Positions 58,822 to 64,000 of a stretch of DNA of 64,000 nt are shown here, one piece after another. The stretch is taken from positions 288,001 to 352,000 of the forward strand of contig CAVYGN010000001.1 in NCBI GenBank assembly GCA_963768055.1. The letters run 5' to 3'. A program made the position numbers and the translations under genes. The stretch's first letter is position 1, and each line of letters opens with the position of its first letter. The notes beneath the pieces were generated by a model. That model was not told the DNA's origin and did no database searches. It saw only the letters and a program-made list of their open reading frames with translations. Source of the DNA: an uncultured Spirochaetota bacterium. Its GTDB lineage: Bacteria > Spirochaetota > Brevinematia > Brevinematales > JAOACQ01.

Positions 58822-59574
58822 TTAATCAAATTTTCCGAAGCTATAAAACAATTCAATCCATAATCCGTTTTCTGTATAAGGATCGATGGCTTTTTTGTCC
58901 GTACCGAATTTTGTATTCCATTTATTTTCAAAAACAGGCCAATCAAAAGATCTTTTATTTATGTAATAATCTATTTCAGTATAATTTTCAATACCGGTCA
59001 GGTTATAATAATAAATCTCAGGAGCAGGCAGATTAATAAATATTAATAAGGGATCGGAATCAGGAATGGGATTAAAAGGGTCTTCAGGCTCAGATATAAG
59101 ATATTGATCACCAAGTTTAGCGCCGCAGCATATACAATGGTTCATCCAATATGATTTTCCAGCCTCTTTTGAGCGGTCCTTGTAAAAATATGAAAAATAT
59201 TTTCTGATGATCAATACGATTGACGGATCTATTAACAATGTATGTGAAATCAGGGCATTTTTATGAATGTTAGAATTATTATAAGTATCAGAATCTTCAT
59301 TGTAAATTATTGATTTAGCATTATCCTTTATAACGAACATCAATACAGGGCTCGGATTATCACATTTCCAGCAAGATTCCCAACTCCAGGCAAGTGCTAG
59401 TTTTCTTGAAAAAAGGTATATTGAATCCAAATCATCTTTGCCGAGCCATTTTTGGAATTTTGCTCTGGAAAGGTTTTCGGTTATATACCATGTATTATTT
59501 GTCTTGTCCCATAAAGCACCTGATTTTTTTGCCACATCTTTCTCATCGAATGGTACAAATAATCTTGTATCCAT
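58822..59574 (-). CDS. DUF5710 domain protein with a Cys-rich C-terminal domain
   Basis: LFVPFDEKDVAKKSGALWD...WY; CWKC and YWMNHCICCGAKLGD. Confidence 0.8.
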   Translation of the reverse strand: MDTRLFVPFDEKDVAKKSGALWDKTNNTWYITENLSRAKFQKWLGKDDLDSIYLFSRKLALAWSWESCWKCDNPSPVLMFVIKDNAKSIIYNEDSDTYNNSNIHKNALISHTLLIDPSIVLIIRKYFSYFYKDRSKEAGKSYWMNHCICCGAKLGDQYLISEPEDPFNPIPDSDPLLIFINLPAPEIYYYNLTGIENYTEIDYYINKRSFDWPVFENKWNTKFGTDKKAIDPYTENGLWIELFYSFGKFD

Positions 59575-59607
59575 AAAATACTCCTAAAAAATCCAAATCA
59601 ATACTAA

Positions 59608-60084
59608 TTAAAATTCATATCCAACCCCGGCTGTACCATCTAAAAAGGAATAAGCGGCAACTTCAGTAGTCATATCCATGAAAAATACTGAAGCATAAAT
59701 AAACGGACCATCCAGCATGCTTTCTCCTATAAAATATTTAGGCATTAACCCTGCAGTAAAAAATGCATATTGTAGAGGACTTCCATCCACGCTTGCAAGC
59801 CCTCCACCTGCGCATAAGTCTAGCTTAAGTCGCCATCGTTCGGGGAGGATCCTTATGACGCTAATTGCAGCGAGTCTTTGAAAATTATCCTGATAATCAT
59901 ATTTTAAACCAATGAATATCGGATAACCGATACCATACAGCAATGTTCCGTCAATACAATACGAATATGTAAAATTTGTTGTCGTGATATCAAATTGCAG
60001 GGATGTCCCTAAACTTATTTCGATATTGCCGAAAATTTTTTCGCAAATACATGATAGAATTAATAATATCAGCAGAACCTTCAT
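59608..60084 (-). CDS. Predicted small outer-membrane beta-barrel protein
   Basis: Signal peptide, amphipathic strands, C-terminal AGVGYEF. Confidence 0.6.
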   Translation of the reverse strand: MKVLLILLILSCICEKIFGNIEISLGTSLQFDITTTNFTYSYCIDGTLLYGIGYPIFIGLKYDYQDNFQRLAAISVIRILPERWRLKLDLCAGGGLASVDGSPLQYAFFTAGLMPKYFIGESMLDGPFIYASVFFMDMTTEVAAYSFLDGTAGVGYEF

Positions 60085-60103
60085 AATGTTTCCTCCCGAT
60101 TCA

Positions 60104-62566
60104 TCATTTTAAATCAAAATTGTTTGATCTTATATATTGTGCAATTGCATTTCCGGTTATTCTGCTTTTATTCGAATCGAACCCCGATTTTAAAAGTCCT
60201 GTTGAATCGAGCCCTGATCGGATCAGATCAAATGAGCTTACTTCAGAGTTGTAGCTTATTGCGTGCCATTCTCTTTTTGCTTGTTCTGTAATATTTTTTG
60301 ATCCATATATAGCCGAATCAACGGTTTTCATTATTTCCTTATCACTTGAAGACATGTTTATTCCTGATTTATTCCAATCAATATTCTTTACTACATTGAA
60401 TAATTCCCCTGACAACTTATCCAGGTTCTGAGAATACGAATAGTGATCCCCGGAAGAAAAACTTTCATTTAGTCCGGAATTTAACAATTTATTTTGAATG
60501 CTCAAACCGAAATTCGAGGTAAAACCATCTGTGTAATCCTGATATGGTTGATATTTTTGCGCAGCAAAATCGGTTATCAGACGCCGCCAGCCATCTAATT
60601 TTGTCATACCATTATCATTGAGCATTTTATCTACAGATCCTTCGCTAACCGTTTTTACAACATCGGTGTTGCCTCTGTAACCACTCAGCTCAGTTTGACC
60701 GTTCAAAATACCCCTGTTCAGAATTGAACCTTCTTGCATCAATCTCATGTATTCCGGCCTGTTTTCGATGCCTCGAAGATAATCAGCTGCTTGTATCCTT
60801 TCCGTATTATTATTTTTAATAATCCAGCGGCCTTTTTCATCCATCATGAAGCCGTTTGCTGATAATTCATCCTTTTCGGTTTTTTTCAAGCCTCTTTGAT
60901 CATGATTCAGCGCTGTTAAAAAATCATGTGCTTTGTTCATTGAGAAACCCATTAATGACATATCTCCAAAGTTCTTTGAAAATCCCGATTGCGTCATAGA
61001 GGCCAGAGTCCCATAAGCTCTGTTCCCGAAAGACATATTATCAGTCAACACAGACGCGGTGTTAGCGGTTACAGACCCTGTGGATTCCTGGAACAGCTGT
61101 TCCCCGATCACATTCAGAGTCCTTGAACCCAGGCCGAATAAAGCGGCCATTGCTCCGCCGTAAACTATCGTCGTAACCCAGGGCATTACATTGTAAGTAT
61201 TTAATATTCCCGCCTGGGCCCTCTGGCTGAGGCCCGCTGCCGCACCGGCGAGGTTCATTGCAAAAACACCGTCCGTATATACGTCAGACGCGCATTCCAG
61301 GAAGTAACTTAAAGGCCCCGCGAATGACAATACAAAAAACGACACGAAATAAGACTTTACCACTCCTAACATATTCGGGAAAAACGATGCTATGAATATT
61401 GCCGGGAATATGAATATGAATAATAAAATGACGACATTGATAATCCCGCCTACTATCAATTTTAAAGTCGCCGCTTTTACGGCTGCCCCGGTTGATGATT
61501 CGATACTTGATTCAGTAAAGTCGAACATGCTGCGTGCGCCGTACAATCCGGATATTTTGTCCGAGTTAAGGTTAAATACTGTGGAAGTAAGCATATCTTT
61601 AAATGAAGAAATCTGGTTTATATCCGAATTGCTGTAACTAATTGCCTCAGCGATAATGTTTTTGTAATCCTCAGTGGTTAAAAAGTCCGGGTAGCTTGTA
61701 GAAAGATTGGATATCTGGCTGTCATAATATGTTGAAAGGTCTGATTTTAATTGATTATAGAAAGCTCCCTTTGATAACCATGTATGTATTTTATTAAGCC
61801 TGATGTCGTCATTAAACTGTGATATGTTTATTACATAAGATTGCATCCCTCTTTTCGGGTCGTAATCCTGAACCAAAATGTTGCTTTCCTGGGAATGGTC
61901 AGTCAGGCCCGGAACTCCGTTGTCATTCAAATAGTACATTTCCTGCAGGGCTTTTGACATATCGTTGTTAGCCAGGAAGCTGATATCGTTATTTCCGAGA
62001 TTGGAATGGAGATCGGGGAGCGCTATGTTTTTTAAAAACGAGGTGTAGCGCAGGGCCAGGTCCCCGTTATGGATATTTCCGCTGAGCAAGTCGCTGTATT
62101 CATCTACTTTATCAAAGAACTTGCCTCTCGCTCCGTCGTCGCTCATATTCCTCGCTGTATAAAACACCTTATCGATCACTATTTTCATGTTATAATCAAG
62201 GTCGTAGATAACTTTTAACATAAGCGCAGGGGCGAAAGGCATATTTTTTACATATATAGATGAAGCACCTGCTTCGGTAGTCAGATCGATAGGATTATAT
62301 TTAATTATCTGCACGTTGACTGTTTTCGAGAATAATAATATATATAAACCGATTATAGCAGCATAATTTCCTACCTTTACACGCTTGAAATCGCCATAAT
62401 TAAGAAGTATTTCACCGAAAAAAAACACCATTGTTATAAGAACAAGAGTATCTGTCATGCCATTATTCGTAAGAGCGGTCATAATATTCGAAGCCGCCTG
62501 TAAAACCGTCTGGTAAGTAGACAGATCCCCGTTATTCATGAATATGGAAATATCTCCATTTCCCAT
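60104..62566 (-). CDS. traG: F-type conjugative TraG-like protein (TraG_N)
   Basis: N-terminal TM helices then VKNMPFAPAL, periplasmic region, second TM cluster and long polar C-terminus; adjacent to a TraF-like gene. Confidence 0.7.
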   Translation of the reverse strand: MGNGDISIFMNNGDLSTYQTVLQAASNIMTALTNNGMTDTLVLITMVFFFGEILLNYGDFKRVKVGNYAAIIGLYILLFSKTVNVQIIKYNPIDLTTEAGASSIYVKNMPFAPALMLKVIYDLDYNMKIVIDKVFYTARNMSDDGARGKFFDKVDEYSDLLSGNIHNGDLALRYTSFLKNIALPDLHSNLGNNDISFLANNDMSKALQEMYYLNDNGVPGLTDHSQESNILVQDYDPKRGMQSYVINISQFNDDIRLNKIHTWLSKGAFYNQLKSDLSTYYDSQISNLSTSYPDFLTTEDYKNIIAEAISYSNSDINQISSFKDMLTSTVFNLNSDKISGLYGARSMFDFTESSIESSTGAAVKAATLKLIVGGIINVVILLFIFIFPAIFIASFFPNMLGVVKSYFVSFFVLSFAGPLSYFLECASDVYTDGVFAMNLAGAAAGLSQRAQAGILNTYNVMPWVTTIVYGGAMAALFGLGSRTLNVIGEQLFQESTGSVTANTASVLTDNMSFGNRAYGTLASMTQSGFSKNFGDMSLMGFSMNKAHDFLTALNHDQRGLKKTEKDELSANGFMMDEKGRWIIKNNNTERIQAADYLRGIENRPEYMRLMQEGSILNRGILNGQTELSGYRGNTDVVKTVSEGSVDKMLNDNGMTKLDGWRRLITDFAAQKYQPYQDYTDGFTSNFGLSIQNKLLNSGLNESFSSGDHYSYSQNLDKLSGELFNVVKNIDWNKSGINMSSSDKEIMKTVDSAIYGSKNITEQAKREWHAISYNSEVSSFDLIRSGLDSTGLLKSGFDSNKSRITGNAIAQYIRSNNFDLK

Positions 62567-62576
62567 GTTAAGACCT

Positions 62577-63407
62577 TCACCTGGTAAAATTTACTTTTCT
62601 GAATGCCAATGATCCGGTTACATAGATCTTGTATAGTTTCATCAAGGAACTTTCTATCTTGTCAGCGTAATCTTTTCCCTCATAAAGATTGAGTACCGAT
62701 CCATCCTTTATGACAAATCCGACGCAAGCGGGCCATTTACCGATACCGAATTCCGAGGCTATCCTTCCATCATTGTCAATGATTATGTCAGATACCTTGT
62801 TTAATACCTCATCCCGGATGTCTGTCTTTTCCGAGAATGAAGGGACAATAACAAATATTTTGAATCCATTATAGGAAAAATAACCGATGAGTTCTTCCGC
62901 GAACCTGGATAATTCCGACCTTCCTGCCTCACTATAAGACAGGAAAAAACCGAGTCTTACATTCCTTTTTATTTCTTCCAGGTCTTTAAACCTCGCCGGA
63001 TCTATATACCCGGACTCTTCCTTAATTTTATTATAAGCTTCTTTAAGTGTTTCTTCCGCTGCAAGCCTTCTATGGGCTATTTCGGCGGTGTACAATAAAT
63101 AATTCTCGGCGTCTTCAATCGAGGTAGGATTTACGGCTAATGATTCTTTAAGGTTTTTGTAAGCATCCCTTAGTTCCATTGCTGACATGCTTTTAATCTT
63201 GTCAATAATCTTCGATCTTTCATTAGGCAGTTCGGTATTCGTTTTTTCTTCTATCAGGTCGACAGTTTTATTGGCCCCTGTAAGGTAGAATCCCATTCTC
63301 GGGTCTTTTTGATAAAAACCAGTCCCTGAATTAACTGTATAGAAACCTGCGTAAGAATACACTATGGATAATATAAATGGGGTGATGGTCATAATTATTC
63401 TTTTCAT
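62577..63407 (-). CDS. traF: F-type conjugative TraF-like protein (thioredoxin-like fold, no CxxC)
   Basis: Signal peptide, FYQKDPRMGFY, AVNPTS...NYL, FGIGKWPA. Confidence 0.62.
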   Translation of the reverse strand: MKRIIMTITPFILSIVYSYAGFYTVNSGTGFYQKDPRMGFYLTGANKTVDLIEEKTNTELPNERSKIIDKIKSMSAMELRDAYKNLKESLAVNPTSIEDAENYLLYTAEIAHRRLAAEETLKEAYNKIKEESGYIDPARFKDLEEIKRNVRLGFFLSYSEAGRSELSRFAEELIGYFSYNGFKIFVIVPSFSEKTDIRDEVLNKVSDIIIDNDGRIASEFGIGKWPACVGFVIKDGSVLNLYEGKDYADKIESSLMKLYKIYVTGSLAFRKVNFTR

Positions 63408-63424
63408 AAATATCCTCTCAAATT

Positions 63425-63940
63425 TTATTTTATAGGTATGACGTCAATATTAAAGTCATGCATGGCTGTTCTTAATTCCTTGCATACGTTTTCGGCAGTT
63501 GTTCTATCTCCCGTCTGTGTCAATATTTTTGAAACAAGGTCTATGGTCACTATAGTATTCATGATCACGTCATGATATACACCGTACATAAAATCCCGTG
63601 TTATTTCATCAAATTCTTTGCCATGTCCTGAATAGTTCTTTTTCCATTGTTCTATCCTGTCATCGATCCCGTAGCGGACTATTACGTCGGAATATGTATT
63701 GATAAAGTTCTTAACCGGGGTTTCCAGGGTCTTCCCAAGGGCTTTATCATAGCAATATTGCTGGAACATGCTTTTCGTATCGTACATTGAAGCAAGCAAA
63801 CCGCCTTTTGTTTTCACATTATAATTTCTATCCAATGTAACCTGGTAAATGGTTACAAGATTCGACACTATCATATATCTGAAACCTTGATATTCATTAT
63901 TAGGGTCCATGAATATATTTGTTGAATTGTTCGTTTTCAT
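63425..63940 (-). CDS. Hypothetical protein in the tra region
   Basis: ORF co-oriented with and close to the traF-like gene; start uncertain. Confidence 0.55.
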   Translation of the reverse strand: MKTNNSTNIFMDPNNEYQGFRYMIVSNLVTIYQVTLDRNYNVKTKGGLLASMYDTKSMFQQYCYDKALGKTLETPVKNFINTYSDVIVRYGIDDRIEQWKKNYSGHGKEFDEITRDFMYGVYHDVIMNTIVTIDLVSKILTQTGDRTTAENVCKELRTAMHDFNIDVIPIK

Positions 63941-64000
63941 TAAATTTATTAAATTGATCGCGTCATCGGAATAGTTGTTTACTATCTTCCCTTTTATTGC

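Larger units (their letters stand above)
52619..64000 (-). mobile_element. End of a putative F-type integrative conjugative element or integrated plasmid, extending beyond the window
   Basis: traF/traG-like genes, DUF5710, Fic, co-oriented orphan genes and a gene remnant near the left edge; no integrase or att site seen, so boundaries are approximate. Confidence 0.6.

Noticed and set aside
245..63000. Many 60-260 aa ORFs antisense to or overlapping well-supported genes (e.g. 821-1597, 11146-11604, 45809-46300, 51909-52496)
   Set aside because: Shadow ORFs of the real coding strand with no recognisable motifs.

Overview
Bacterial chromosomal window, probably from a spirochete. This is an inference from the many lipoproteins, Thr/Asn-rich secreted proteins and TPR proteins; a Brevinematales-like lineage is plausible but unproven. 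From left to right: a two-component/c-di-GMP cluster (hybrid PAS kinase, HD-GYP regulator, HisKA_2 kinase, TPR protein, REC-PAS), a GNAT, a 7TM-GGDEF-EAL protein and typA. Next is an AT-rich three-gene operon: an acetate kinase with Entamoeba-type (PPi-dependent) motifs, a degenerate acetate kinase paralogue, and a FolE2 homologue lacking its catalytic motifs. It is followed by a 10-gene NDP-heptose/GtrAB glycosylation operon and a split (archaeal/Thermotoga-type) glutamate synthase operon with no amidotransferase subunit. An aroQ-pepP-efp-accB-accC-rlmI-nudC region follows, in which the AccB homologue lacks the biotinylated lysine. Then come three small RHH-like genes and an araFGH transporter preceded by a degenerate ABC-ATPase/AraC fusion. 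After nfeD/SPFH, from about 52.6 kb, lies the end of a probable F-type conjugative element (traF-like, traG, DUF5710, Fic, large lipoproteins including a clostripain-like protease). No rRNA, tRNA, CRISPR array, integrase or transposase was recognised. All family calls come from reading motifs by eye; no database search was run.
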